Part shown: positions 12,096 through 26,164 of the stretch, one piece after another
How the letters are laid out: each line of letters begins with the position of its first letter
How positions within the stretch are numbered: position 1 is the stretch's first letter
DNA from: Octopus bimaculoides
Lineage: Eukaryota
Assembly (NCBI RefSeq): GCF_001194135.2
Contig: NC_068989.1
Span: 52,362,423 to 52,403,910 of the forward strand
Direction of reading: 5' to 3'
DNA length: 41,488 bases
The notes under the pieces: model-generated
The model's database searches: none
Told to the model about the DNA's origin: nothing
Seen by the model: the letters and a program-made list of their open reading frames with translations, nothing else
Program-made: the position numbers and the translations under genes

Positions 12096-12668
12096 GACAT
12101 CAGTTGTTCGTTCAACTTTAGAGCATACATCATGATGAAGCTTCCCATGATTCCTTCTGCCAAACATAACATGACAAACGAAAAAAAAAATATCATAAAA
12201 CGAAAAGAAACTTTTAAAAAGAACCAATATACTAAATAGAAGCATTTGATTTGGTTGTATATTTTGTGTATGAACAGCGAGGAAGTAATATAGGTTTGTG
12301 TATATAAAAATAAAGGTGTAATTCAATCGTTTCTGCGAAGTACGAAGAACGTTCTTTTTAGCTCAAATACTAATGTCTAACAGGGAAACACAGAAAGGAA
12401 TGGGGATGGGGAGAAGAATAATGAATGTAAAAGCAAGCCACTGCATGTCTTAGTAAAATTGAAGAAAATAATGTCTGCGGGAGAACATATTCAAAATTGA
12501 AATTGCATTCGGGAAAACATATAAAGGAATAAAAATCAGACTTGTAGATGGTACACAAGTAATAGACCAGCGTACAGCATAATATACAGCATTAAATTAG
12601 AAGCCGTAGAGATAGTATTAGTACTAAATATCTCGATTCGGCGTCATGTGAGGTTGGCGTTTTCTTAT

Positions 12669-12711
<43 letters not shown>

Positions 12712-15700
12712 TACAAACACAAATACACACACAAGCACACACATAAACACGTGTGCACAAATATATACACGTGTAATTTCGCAACTTCACTGTCTACTCA
12801 GAATTGTCCCATCGCTTGGACTGGCAGTCACCGTGAGCAGAAAATTAATTGTTTTCATACATATTACGACACTTCATTACGTGTGTGCATGCATCCATGC
12901 AAGCATGTGTGTATGTATGTATGTATGTATGTATGCATGCATTTATGTATGTATGTATGTATGTATGGATGCATGTGTGTATGTATATTTGTATATATGT
13001 ATTGCATATTCGGGTCGTCGGCGACTAAAATGGTAACACCATCAAACTTTCTTGGTAAGGAGTGTGACTTTTGGACATCCTCTAGGACGAAACTAAGATA
13101 TGACTGGGACTTCTGGTTTCACCCGACATTTACTCAATCATACCAAAATAAACCACCTTTCAAAACTAAAAAAACTGAGTAAAAATTTATTTAAAAATAT
13201 ATCTACCTTCAACTTGGGTATTAAATATTCACATCATTTCATGATCATATTTATTCTTAAATGCCTACCCCATATCAATATTTGTGTAATAATATATACA
13301 TATATACAGCTGTGTCGATCTCACTCCTTCACCAAAAGCCGATCGCAGAAGAACGGCCACTGAAAAGGTGATGACAGTTGTAGGGTTCCAGTATTGCCAC
13401 AGTCTTTCGATTGAAACATATAAATGAATAAAAGAATATGTAGATATACACACACATATATTTGTGTGTGTGTGTGTGTGTGTGTGTCTGTGTGTGTGCG
13501 TGTTTTTATTTTTTCTGCGTGTAAGTAGAAATCTCGATGCACGTACCTATGTACATTTCTTGAGAGTTTAAAATGTCAATCCAAGCCGTGGAGTACGAAC
13601 GTAAAATTATCAACAGAACTGTTCGAGTTGTAGGTGTAAAGACAAATATGAATAGACCCATACCACTAATACCAAGTGACACATGGTTGCAAAAAGCCGC
13701 TCACATTTACACCAGATAATTTCGGTTCAGTAGCATAGCTCAAACAGTACATTCCCTGCACAAAACACATGCTATAACATTAACCACCCAATAAATTAAC
13801 AGAGCTCTCAGTAAACAGATTCATTACAACTAAGACTTAATCACATAAAAGAACAGACACTCCTACATAACCGATACCAGGCATAGAACACCAATAACTC
13901 GATGTTATAATCTGGAAATCACACTCATAAGCAATCAGATAAAGCATTTAAAATGCAAATCATAGAAGATAACGGAATTCATTCTGTATATTCTCCACTC
14001 AATAGGCGGAACGCTCAACTAACACAAAGTCCACGCGGAATGCTGATACAGTTTACAGACACATTATTACTTTCCCACAAGGTAATGGTACACGCACTTT
14101 AACGAAAACAATGATGCAGCCGTTCGCTCAGTATGAATTCACATGGAACAGAATATATTTAAAAGAAAACAATGAAGGATATAAAAGCAATGCCAACATA
14201 TGAAATATCTGATTGACAATAGATCCTGCAGTGTGAATAATGTAAGTTTATTATTTCATATAAAATTATATATGAAATCATATAAGAATTTAGCTGGTCC
14301 AACAGTGCATTTTCAATTGATGCCTCCTACCTAGTTTATATTTCGGTTATCACTGAGCTGTGTGTGTTTCGCTATGTATAGAAAGTGGTGAGAAAAGATG
14401 GACGCGTAGATAATCATCGAAGTAAATATGTAGACATTGATAGACGCGCATATTTTTTCTTCTTCATACATTAATAGACAATACATATATAAGGATATGG
14501 TGTGTGTGCGTATACATACATATATATATATATATANNNNNNNNNNNNNNNNNNNNNNNNNNNNNNNNNNNNNNNNNNNNNNNNNNNNNNNNNNNNNNNN
14601 NNNNNNNNNNNNNNNNNNNNNNNNNNNNNNNNNNNNNNNNNNNNNNNNNNNNNNNNNNNNNNNNNNNNNNNNNNNNNNNNNNNNNNNNNNNNNNNNNNNN
14701 NNNNNNNNNNNNNNNNNNNNNNNNNNNNNNNNNNNNNNNNNNNNNNNNNNNNNNNNNNNNNNNNNNNNNNNNNNNNNNNNNNNNNNNNNNNNNNNNNNNN
14801 NNNNNNNNNNNNNNNNNNNNNNNNNNNNNNNNNNNNNNNNNNNNNNNNNNNNNNNNNNNNNNNNNNNNNNNNNNNNNNNNNNNNNNNNNNNNNNNNNNNN
14901 NNNNNNNNNNNNNNNNNNNNNATATATATATATATACAAAGACATATATATATATGTATACATATGTATATGTATAGGTATATGTATATACATATGTCAG
15001 AGGGGGACGACTGCGTGTGTGTGTATGTGTGTGTACGCATATTTGAATGTGAGGGTGAATTGTGCATGGTGAAAGAGATAGCGAGTGTGAGGGCTCGTGA
15101 AGAGAGCACAAAACAGCAGTAATGGTGATGTACATTGTGCTTTAACGTCTATTAAGTTTGATATATCTTTTAAAGCTACCGCAAATCTACTTTATTTACC
15201 ATTTACGAGCTAATATACATACACACGCATGTATATATATATATATATATTTACAGATGCAAACGCGCAATCAAAAATGTACATGGTAACACCTACAGAC
15301 ACAGACACACATAGACACACTCACAAACACAAACACACACGCAAACACTGACACACACGCATGAACTTTATTTTATTCATTTGCTATAGTATACCTTTTA
15401 GGTATAAATATAATATTGAAATGATTTTAGACGTGATTTCTTTGTTGTCTCTCTATTCATTCTCTTTCTTTGTCTTCTTATCCTTGTATTTCACTAATTC
15501 TCGTTTTCACTCACTCTCTCCCTCTTTTTCTATACATGNNNNNNNNNNNNNNNNNNNNNNNNNNNNNNNNNNNNNNNNNNNNNNNNNNNNNNNNNNNNNN
15601 NNNNNNNNNNNNNNNNNNNNNNNNNNNNNNNNNNNNNNNNNNNNNNNNNNNNNNNNNNNNNNNNNNNNNNNNNNNNNNNNNNNNNNNNNNNNNNNNNNNN

Positions 15701-15853
15701 NNNNNNNNNNNNNNNNNNNNNNNNNNNNNNNNNNNNNNNNNNNNNNNNNNNNNNNNNNNNNNNNNNNNNNNNNNNNNNNNNNNNNNNNNNNNNNNNNNNN
15801 NNNNNNNNNNNNNNNNNNNNNNNNNNNNTATGCATATGGTCACATATCATTTG

Positions 15854-15912
<59 letters not shown>

Positions 15913-15918
15913 CATACA

Positions 15919-15950
<32 letters not shown>

Positions 15951-18132
15951 CATATATGACACATGCACACATACTTATGAAGCACTTCTGTTGTTACTTT
16001 GTCTTTTCATTGCTAATGCTGCTGTTGTTACTGTTGTTCTAGCCATTTTTAATAGTCATCAAAAGATGTTAGCATCAAAGAGGAAAAAAAAAACTAATAA
16101 TAAATGCCAAGTACTTTACTGAATGTGAAGCGATAATGATTGTTTTGTTAACAGAATACTCGTCTAGCTCATTTCAGAATAGGTAAATGGACATTAAAGT
16201 GATGATGTGTAGACAATGACGTATGTTTAATTTGGGTTGCAATCGATTTTTTTTTAATGAATAGTTAATATATGAAAAGGATAGCGAAAACTAAAGAAAA
16301 ACAATAATAAAGAGAAATACTGAATTTGTCACTGTGGTGGCTTTGAATTAAGTTTGAGTTAGTTATTTTGAGACGGTGTTGGGGAAAGAGTTACCATAGT
16401 CTAATGGTGTTTGAGGTGGAAGGAAAGATAGAATGTAGTCATTAATAAATGTAAAGTAAGCACAGATACTTCAAAATCCCAATATATTGGCATATATTGA
16501 TTATGTTTTCTGCAGTTATTCTCTGAAATAAAAGAATCAAAAAAGTAAATAAACGTTGATTCGTCGGCTATATAATTATAATTCTTTGCACAAAGTGAAA
16601 AGGAGTCATTCAAATGAAAAAGCATTAAAAGATATCTAAAACGTAGACACCCCGGGGCTAGCGACTGTATATGTGTAAGTATGTATCTCTGTAACTATAA
16701 TGAAACATCTCTCTCTCACTATATATATATACATTTATCTAGCTGCGCATGCATACACACACATACACACATATGTGTGTGCGCGTGTGTGTGTATGTAT
16801 GTATATTTATAATTACACAACCATCTCCGCCATATCGGAACAATTTGCGAAAGTGTGTTTTCTGTATTTTATCGGTAGATCTCTTATGATTACTTTCACT
16901 TTTACAAGTCCGTAATTCGTTCAACACTATTTAAGGCTTAAACATTGCAAAAAAAACTGTTTCATGTAAAAGTTCAAACGGCTGTCGTATTCGTCTCCTT
17001 TATCAATCACGCTCATCAGCATAAAAGGAATTAATATAATAGGTAATGTAGATGTTTCTTTGCCAAAGAAGAAGCTAACATTTGCAGCGAAGTATCCAGT
17101 TGAAAATATTAAATCTACTCTACCGGAAATTAAAAAGAACATGTTTAGTTATTACATATTGTTTCGCAATTACAATATTCACGAGTTTGGAATGAGATGA
17201 AGCATTATGGATTTAGTTCGGTTCGAATAACTGCCAGTTTGAATCATATATATTTTACTAACAATATTTATTGTGTTAACAATCGAAAGACATATTAATA
17301 CTCATGTTTATTCTGTAAAGAAAACTGCTGTAAAGTTGTGTGTATTACAATGTAACGTTAGTGGGCTTTTATAACCGAAACATAACACCAGTATTGTAAT
17401 AAGAATACTGGTTCCCTTTCTTCTGGACCGTTAAACATTTTAATATTTCAAACTATACTGATTACCAACACTGTTACACATTTCTCTTCCCTTCAATATG
17501 GATTGAAGTTCTTTACCACCAAGGTGTTCAAATCACCTTTGCTGACCGCCGTTTTCCGATTCCAGATGGAACCGCGAACAATAAAAGGTATCAAAAATAC
17601 ATAAAGGAAAGTGAAATACTGCACCGCAGTTCAGCGTCCAGATAGTTCCTTTAGCTGAAAAAGTGCCTGAGTTTACGGAGTTCTAGGGAATTTGCAATCC
17701 CAAACGTATGGTAAGAGAATATATTAAAATTATTTAAAAACTACACTAATCAAAATACTTAAGTTTCAACGAAAGGGAAAATTATCCAACTATCCCTTAC
17801 ACTTCTAGATTTTAAGGCCGTCATGCTGCTTCTATATTATTATGTTGCATTGTCTTGGAAACAGTTTGAACACTGTGGTTAAAACATAATAGTATATTTC
17901 GATTTATAGACAATATCTAAGAACATTTCTTTCTCGTAAATTTGATACAGAATATAGCAAGTATTTCCAATACTGAAATAAGACAGCATTAGTATTGTCT
18001 GACTGGCAAGAAATGAAAATGTGTTTAACAATTATTTAATCTATAGAAGTGACGAGAGCAATATTATATTTCTAGCTTGGACGATAGAAAATGGGAAGTT
18101 ATATGAATTTTTAATACTGCAAATCTGTTTAC

Positions 18133-18230
18133 CTTTCCGAAGTAATGTAATGAACCAGCCAAAAATTAAGATGGCCATAATATGTAGAAATGTTTCCGAT
18201 GCCATGAAGTAAGATTGAATATCAGAACGG
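18133..18230 (-). CDS. Candidate internal coding exon (98 nt), hydrophobic peptide, unknown gene
   Basis: Acceptor aatcgttcag| and donor AAG|gtaaac. One open frame, RSDIQSYFMASETFLHIMAILIFGWFITLLRK, with an in-frame stop just upstream in the putative intron. No recognised homology. Confidence 0.25.
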
Positions 18231-18800
18231 CTGAACGATTAAGTAATTGAAGTACATGTGTCCTTGCTAAGGATGAAACTAACATTTGCAATGAAATGCA
18301 TAGTTAAAAGTTAATTTTAATATACAAAAAATTGAAGAGAACAAGTTGAAATATTACAAGTTGTTTAGTAATAACAATATTCAGAGCTTTGTTATCAGAG
18401 GAAAAACTAGGGATTTGCTCTGGTTCAAATAAGTGGAATTCTATATCATACATGCCTTGTTGCTTTTGTCATATAGATATTTAAACGTATTTTACGTCTA
18501 TTTCAGCTATTACAACATTCAAGCGTCATGCTTAATTTGATATAACCAGTGAAAAGTTTAATTCAGTATCAAGTAACAATCAACATACATTCAAAAACTG
18601 CAGCAACCACATCATTCAATATGGAAATGCCCGAGTAACAAAAGGGCCTTTTTCATCTTTGAAATATTCAAATATGCAAGTCTGGGACAAAACATTCAAA
18701 ATAAATTTCATCTCCGTAAAATGCTACAGATGCGCTATTTTCTACCGTTGTGTGACTACGTGGACGTTTATATATGTATACATATACATACATACATACA

Positions 18801-18834
<34 letters not shown>

Positions 18835-19379
18835 CATATACATATATATATATATATATATATNNNNNNNNNNNNNNNNNNATATACATATATATATATA
18901 CATAGACATATATACATAGACATATATACATAGATATTTTAATGCTTCAAAAATCTTACGTACTGAAGAAAAATTACTTATTCTCACGAATTTTGTTTTC
19001 CGTTTGCGATCGTAACTTCGGTGTGTGTGTTGCCTTTATATCTTCCTGTGACACCACAAGCTCCGAAAGTTTGGACATCTGGGAGGTTCTCATGTTTTCC
19101 ATCGAGAAAATACAAAATAAATGCACTTTTCATCTATATTGTATATAAAATCTAAAGGTCATGTATTATCGAGAATGCGTTCCATATATATGAGACTCAT
19201 AAATTCGGTCTGCGCATCATTTGACTCAATCACATTACATGACAACTTCACTATAATCACAGACTAAAGCTTAAAACTGTTGAAATCTTCAGCCTTGTGA
19301 ATCCCTCTACATGTAAATCTCTCTACATGCGGCTTACCAATGACTAATTAATAACGTGTAATAAATCGGTTAGTCGTAC

Positions 19380-19483
19380 CTGAAAGTTGCCCATTTTCCC
19401 GAAAGAATGTCTTCATAGCTGTATTCCGTGCTCTGCACGTAGAGCTGAAACCATCCGCCATTGCAATTAGGGATATCATACCA
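19380..19483 (-). CDS. Candidate internal coding exon (104 nt), unknown gene
   Basis: Acceptor cgtttctttaag| and donor CAG|gtacga. Frame WYDIPNCNGGWFQLYVQSTEYSYEDILSGKWATF ends in phase 2, compatible with the 18133-18230 candidate. Confidence 0.2.
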
Positions 19484-20300
19484 CTTAAAGAAACGGTATC
19501 TGTCGCGAGCCTTACACGTAAATCACCAAGAGGTACTTTGTTCTAAACAGACGTCTCCGACTTTTCTTCTGCAACAAAGCAACCTGTCTATCAAATGATT
19601 TCTTCCAAATCCTACCGCTGGAAGTATAGGTTTTCTGTCGTTGTGCTAAACATTGCTTGACATGAAAATAAAGTATAATTTTTAGGGGAAACAAATCTAT
19701 TAACACCCAATTTTCTGACGATTGTTGATACAAAGTAGATACGCCTTGCTGTCATAGGTTTTGTTGGGAAGGACTTTCTTTTAAATTGCTTGTTATTCAC
19801 CACTGAGTCCTGTCTCTCATACATCTTAGCCCCTAATTCAGACAGTAGTTGACAATCACCAACAATGTAGACCTGGGATTGGAAATTATTCGGTTGCGTC
19901 ATGATTCATTTGTGATCCTTTGTAATTACTTTGCTATAATCAAGATCTCTGCTTGTATAGAAGGCAAAGCAGCTATATTGATTATAGAGAACTAACATTA
20001 CAAGGAAACAAACGCACTCAGCTCTTTTATATCATAAATATACATGCTTATCATTGCGTATATATACACACAAACATATATATATTCTCGCGGACAACAC
20101 GCACACATACATACATACATACAGTTACACACACACAAATACACACACACACACACACACACACACANNNNNNNNNNNNNNNNNNNNNNNNNNNNNNNNN
20201 NNNNNNNNNNNNNNNNNNNNNNNNNNNNNNNNNNNNNNNNNNNNNNNNNNNNNNNNNNNNNNNNNNNNNNNNNNNNNNNNNNNNNNNNNNNNNNNNNNNN

Positions 20301-20331
<31 letters not shown>

Positions 20332-21299
20332 GCGCATGTAGATTTTAATTAAATTTTGCTAGCTGCATTTCCTTTCTCGACATCATACACTAAAAATGAA
20401 ATTATAACTTCATGTCATATATAAGAAATCTGAATATTTCAGTATCGAAATATAATAGAATTTCAATAAACTGCAAGTTGCAGCTATTGTGATTGTTACT
20501 TAACTATATTAAATATTTTTCTTTTTCTTTAATTATAAAATTTTATGCTTTCAAATTTCTGTTACAATGCCTTATTGGATTTTGTTTTATTTTCGACTAT
20601 TGATACTTTTTCATCATTTACATCAGTAAGTAAGCAAGAAAGCGCAGTTAGAATTCATCCCTATGACGGTTGTGGCCAAGGATGATGTGTGTTGTTGGAA
20701 CAAATTCGTGTTTTCTTTCTCGACGAGTATGTACACTTCAACTCCATGACGTATCGATTGAAGCTGAAAGTGAAAGAAGACTTGGAGGACTAAATCCGCC
20801 TAAATAAGTTGCAAGGAGGGACGCAGCGGTGAAAATTGCTAAGCTAAATGATCCGACAATTAATATGCTGCGAAAAGATTATGGACAGAACGAGGAGCAA
20901 ACTTGTACTGTCAGTGGATCATGTATACTTACATTTTATGCGAAGTCACTCCAATCACACTATATATTTACCCTCCATTTCAGCGGCTAATTTCTCATTG
21001 TTAGCTTGGATGCCTATTCTGCTCCCCACCATAATTATTATGCACTTAAGCGAAGCATATAGTGGGTGTAGTTAACTTAAAATTAACGTAGAGCTCATTG
21101 CCGATTTATAACCCTTAACATCCCCCGTTGGGAACTTTATATTCCCCAAGAAATCATCCATCGTTTATTAATGCCGTTTTTTGAAGAATTTGTATTGTTC
21201 ATTTTACTATTGCGTGAATTTCTTTCTAATGATTCACTTTTGTACTGTGCACAAACTCTTGTGCAATTATAGACCGTTAAAAGCATTATGGTTATTCAG

Positions 21300-21490
21300 A
21301 AGAATTCTTAAAGGTTGGGTAAAATGAATACAATTCTTGGTCTCAGTTCAATTCCCATCAAGGTCAATTGTGCACTTCATATTTCTCGGGGTTATAAATC
21401 AATGTATCTGTTGATTATTGATTTCGATGGAATCGAGTCCCCAACCACCACTTCCTAAAAATTGCTGGTTATGTGTCCAGATTAGAAACG
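21300..21490 (+). mobile_element. Degenerate family A SINE
   Basis: 'tctcagttcaattccc...aaggtcaattgtgcacttcat..tcggggttataaat...aaaattgctggttatgtgtccag' resembles the 1727 and 33041 copies. Confidence 0.6.
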
Positions 21491-21859
21491 AAATGCTGTT
21501 GGTGTAAACTTGAGATTTTATCTTTTCTGGTCTAATAGAATAAAATGCCATATAGTGTTGGGGCCACTGTAATTGATTAGCTACCTAATACTTCAAAATA
21601 CTTGCTTTTTGCGTAAAGCAGAAGCTATCAAAAGATTGTTGAACCGGTAGGGTTGTTTAAATACTGAAAAAATGCATTACATCTTTTCCAGCTACTTATG
21701 TTCTTAGTTCAAAACATGTTCAGGACCAATTTGTCTTTCATGCTTCAGCGTTCAACAATATTATGTACCAGTCTAGTACAAGAAGCGATGCAATCAACAA
21801 AGACACTCCCTCAAACTGTTGGTTGTGTGTCTACTATAATTATTATCCTTGTTGTTAAG

Positions 21860-22030
21860 AAAGCGCAAGCTGCTAGCGTGACGAGCAGAATCATTAGCAG
21901 CATTTGTTTGGCCTAGATCAACTTTCCTTTTCATTCTTTCGGCATGAATAAAATAAATTACCAGTCAAGTACTGAGGTAAGCATAATCAACTTGCCCATC
22001 CCCTCAAAATTGCTAATCGATTGCCACAAT
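21860..22030 (+). mobile_element. Degenerate family A SINE with internal deletion
   Basis: 'gcagaatcattagc...tcaactttccttttcattctttcgg...aaataaattaccagtcaagtactgagg...ccctcaaaattgct'. Confidence 0.65.
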
Positions 22031-22432
22031 TACAACGGACCATTATTTCTGTTGTTATTATTATTATGAATATTATTTTTATATGCTCTCCATAGAGATA
22101 ACTGCCACGCACGTGCATTATGTCTACACATGAATGTATATATTATGCCATGAATGCATACGCACATAAGTTATTGAAACTTGAATTGGTAGATAAACAT
22201 TTAGTTTCCATGAATTATTTAGCGCACACACTGTAGAATTTCTACATGTGGGGGAAGGTACGTGTGTGTCTGTTATTAACAAACATAAGAGGACACTTGA
22301 TATGTGGTGGAATATATATATATATAAAGTGTTGGTGAATCTATCCATTCACACACCTTCTTATATACTCAAACACATGTGCATATATGTATGTCCGTTT
22401 GTGTGTAGGCGTGTAGGTGTGTGCGAACGTGT

Positions 22433-22467
<35 letters not shown>

Positions 22468-24834
22468 GAGTAAATATAGAGACAGAAAAACTGTGATAGT
22501 GTGTGATATTTGCTTTGGCTTCAAAATTGTAACACTCACTTCGCTGTGTTTTTTTTATACTGCAGTAGAGAAAAAGGATTATTTGCATATGTGATTGTAC
22601 GCGTATATGTGTATATGCGTGTGTATGTATGTATGTATGTAAGAATACCATACTAAACTATCAATGATGCAGAAACAAAGGTATTCAACAAATTAAGAAT
22701 ATTTAATCAGAAGCGTGTAAATAATCGTGATATTTAAAAATATTTTCTGCCTGATTGAAATAAAGATATTGCTTTTTGAAAATAGTGTCTTCAAATATCG
22801 TTTCCAAAGACACGTCTAAAAGTTAGAGGTACTAAAAACATTTAATTAACTTTCATAGAGCTCTTTTCAATATCAATTCGGTTTCGTAAATGTTTCAGCT
22901 TATAATTCTGTTTGAAAAGTTTAATACAAAGTCTGTTTCAGAAGTTTCCGAGACAAAATTTTTCCCTTCATGCCGTTTTATGCTTGTATACACATTAAAA
23001 ATGTTGTACAAGTATTTCAACTGCCTATATTATTTTTGTAAAAATAATATATATTCATTAGCATTTTGATTAAGAAGTTGAAATTATTCATACCGATTCG
23101 GAATTCTTTCAAAGTATATGATTTTCTATTATATTTCATAATAAAATTTAAGTTATAAAGTAAGTAAAACTGACTAAAGTAGAGATTACATTGAGTTTAT
23201 AGGTAAGATTCAAAAACCTATTATAAAAAGTAAAATGACAAATTTCTTGCTGTATTGTCATATATTAGAAGCCATAAAATAATGGTTTATCAGATAAGAT
23301 ATATATCGCCTGATAAATCACATTAGGATATATTTAAAACTGTAATCAGGCATAATTTAGGAATAAACATCGGGCAACGCAGGTTCCATTATTGCTATTG
23401 ACTTTGAAATCTTAGATGATTCTTTGCCAGATGTATCTGCAGTTTTCATATCCTCATGAAAGGAAGTAATATCATTTAGCATGTTATCAGACACTTAAAC
23501 TTTCCTTAAGTACATTCCTCAGTATATGCCGCTTTATTATTTTGGTTAGCTGCATTGATAGCAATGTGAAATTCCACATAAATTATATACAATTAAATAT
23601 TTTTCTGCTGCCTCCTAGATATATGTTATACTGTTAAAGAGTATATCATATCAATCTTATTAATCGCAAACTAAAGTCGTCACGTATATATTCAGGATGC
23701 TACTTTGGTAAATGCATATTCAATTTTAGTATATGACAGACCAAACTCTTACCGCCAATGCGAAATTTAAATCCTCTATTGTTTTTTTTATTTTGCCGTA
23801 TAGAGAGAAATAGCGTTCAGTCTAAAACAAGCAACACTTTCCTGAAGAGCTCGTACATTCCAAGAATCAATTCTTTGTTCTTTAAATTCATTCTTAGCAT
23901 CCCTTTTGCTAAGATGCGAAGAATGTTTTACGACTTAGACACAGTAATTTGAAAAATCAGAGCAAGGACTTCTTTAGATTTTTATTTCTCGTTCGAGCAA
24001 AGCAATGCAATGTTTAAATTAAATTCTTTGATACTAACAAGGAGAACGAGCAGGAAAAATATTAATGAGGTTTTTAAAGTTGGAAAGAGTAATAACTTCA
24101 ATTTTCAAAACTTTTAGTGTTCAAACAAAGGACATAAATAACAACTTTTATCTTTCCCCATCGCTTTTACGAAATCCCATTCTGACTTTTACGCATTAAG
24201 TAAAACATTGAATAGGATTTAGTAATTATGTACTATATGTTGAAATAATTTTCACTTTATTTCAAATGGAGCCAATGTACGAAACTGTTAACACGTTTTC
24301 AAATGAAACAACTTTTAATGATTTCATTATAATGGTATAGAGTTGTATATTACCAACCAGATGGTTTGAACTTGCTGAAACATCAAGGTGTTGCAAATAA
24401 AGATATAAATCTCGCGAAAAACAAACGTACAGTATTTCGGAATTATAACTCTTCCAACTAAATGGGTGGGGACCCAATAAAACAGAAATTATTGCGCCCG
24501 TAAAGTGAGTTTTTGCTTGTCAGATATCACAGAAACATATTTACACACACACTCACAGAAATATTTACATTCATGAATATAAGAATGTATATGTAAGCAT
24601 AAATATGTATGTACATATGTAAATACCTAGCAACGAGAATATGAATGCTCAACATTGCATTGGTAGATATTTTTTTTTTTTTTGTATTAAGGCTACCATT
24701 TGTTTGATGTTAAGAAATATCTTAACAATTATTCGAGTGAATCGTATAAAAAAATTGGTGTTCGTTTCCCTAATGGAATAAATATTGAGATGTTTCTTAA
24801 CACTAAACCAATGGTCTTAATACACAAATGAAGT

Positions 24835-24839
24835 GTATA

Positions 24840-24908
<69 letters not shown>

Positions 24909-24921
24909 TTTTATTATTATT
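24835..24921. repeat. (ATT)n array
   Basis: Directly visible. Confidence 0.95.
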
Positions 24922-25025
24922 ATACACACGCATGCATACTTGAACACTGATTTGCGTATACAAATATTTTCTATCTATCCATCTATCCAGCTACCTATAT
25001 ATCTATCTCTCTATATAAGGAGCTA

Positions 25026-25511
25026 CAGGTAAATTGTCACTATTTTATATTTTTAATTTCGAGTATGCGCATTGTTTGTTCTTGATTTTGCGATTACACA
25101 GTATAGTAGGCTCAGTTGGGCACTGCGTGTGAGAAGAACAGTAGCATGTCGCACTTCACTATGCCAGAAATTTGGAAACGACATGCTTTACTGCTTAGCA
25201 TTCGTGCTAGAAGCTCCAATACGAATATGTCAGAGTGTTTGGGTGTCAATCTGAGGACAGTGCAAACTGAGGACACGTACTGAGAGTGATAAAGATCAAA
25301 CATCCAGATAGCATCAATGCATTTTGAGTGATCACACGTTATGCCTCCATTCATCTTCGCACATGGCCTCAGACTCAACAAGGAAGCCTACATCAACGCG
25401 GAGGCCTACATACGGGGTCTAACTGAACCTACCATACTATAAATTCGACAAAATTTTTAAAAACTGCATGCACGAAATTAAAAATAGTGACAACTTACCC
25501 ATCGCAGCCTG
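25026..25511 (+). mobile_element. Internally deleted Tc1/mariner-superfamily element (maT/DD37D-like) with both ends
   Basis: TA at 25024-25 and 25512-13. Left 'gtaaattgtcactatttt...taatttcgagtatgc' is the inverted match of right 'gcatgcacgaaattaaaaatagtgacaacttac'. The ATG at 25146 reads MSHFTMPEIWKRHALLLSIRARSSNTNMSECLGVNLRTVQ, then jumps to IKHP...MPPFIFAHGLRLNKEAYI. Confidence 0.8.
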
Positions 25512-26164
25512 TATATGTGTGTGCATGTAAATATGTATGTTTATATGTGTGTATGCATGTATTATAGGAACGCATGAATATGCAACATTCATTCATGTGC
25601 CGTGCGTACTTTGCGATGCTTGAACTCATCAAAGTGGTATCCACTATGCATTGGATCTCTTTGATTCCGAATAAGCATATCGACTGCTTATTCAGAATCA
25701 TAAAGTAACTCACCTAAAGTATAATATCGAAATATAGTTTAGAACTAAGATTTAGATAGTGAAAGGTCTCTAAACGCTAATCGTGTCACTTTAGAAGATT
25801 CAAATGAAATGTATACTGCATTAAGGCTTTCTCTGTTGGATTTTGGCCAAATTGTGACATTCATAAAGATATATCTGGTTCTGAATCTATCAAAAAAATT
25901 ATGGAAGTTAATGCAAGTTTTCAATTTATAATATTACATGTATAAGACCCTTCTGTATTTGTATCAATAGGTTAGCGCTATAAACAGATAACATTACTTA
26001 ATCTTCACCACAATGATCGATTTCATTGATTACTCTAGTACGTTCGATAATTCATTAATTAAAGTCTATGCTATCTACATTCCGAAAGCAATTCAAACGA
26101 GAAAATCTATACAGTATAAGAATTTGTTTCCCTGCATTGACTTAAATCTTTAAGATAGAGTAGG

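Noticed and set aside
11857-12097. Keno-type direct insertion of the Tx1 element into U2
   Set aside because: About 220 bp of microsatellite and other sequence separates the two, and the 3' junction has (TATC)n rather than U2 3' sequence.
13600-14150. A/C-rich stretch that might be a decayed LINE C-terminus
   Set aside because: Only a vague HNRY resemblance. No CCHC or PD..D motif is recoverable.
17403-17646. About 80-codon Met-less open frame (…IWIEVLYHQGVQITFADRRFPIPDG…)
   Set aside because: No start codon, no consistent splice sites and no recognisable family.
20640-20990. GC-richer block with DGCGQG (SAM motif-like) in one frame
   Set aside because: A stop follows immediately and no further methyltransferase motifs are present.
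21692-21856. Plus-strand acceptor (cttttccag) followed by two open frames, e.g. TYVLSSKHVQDQFVFHASAFNNIMYQ...
   Set aside because: No convincing donor and no recognisable homology, and it runs into a degenerate SINE.
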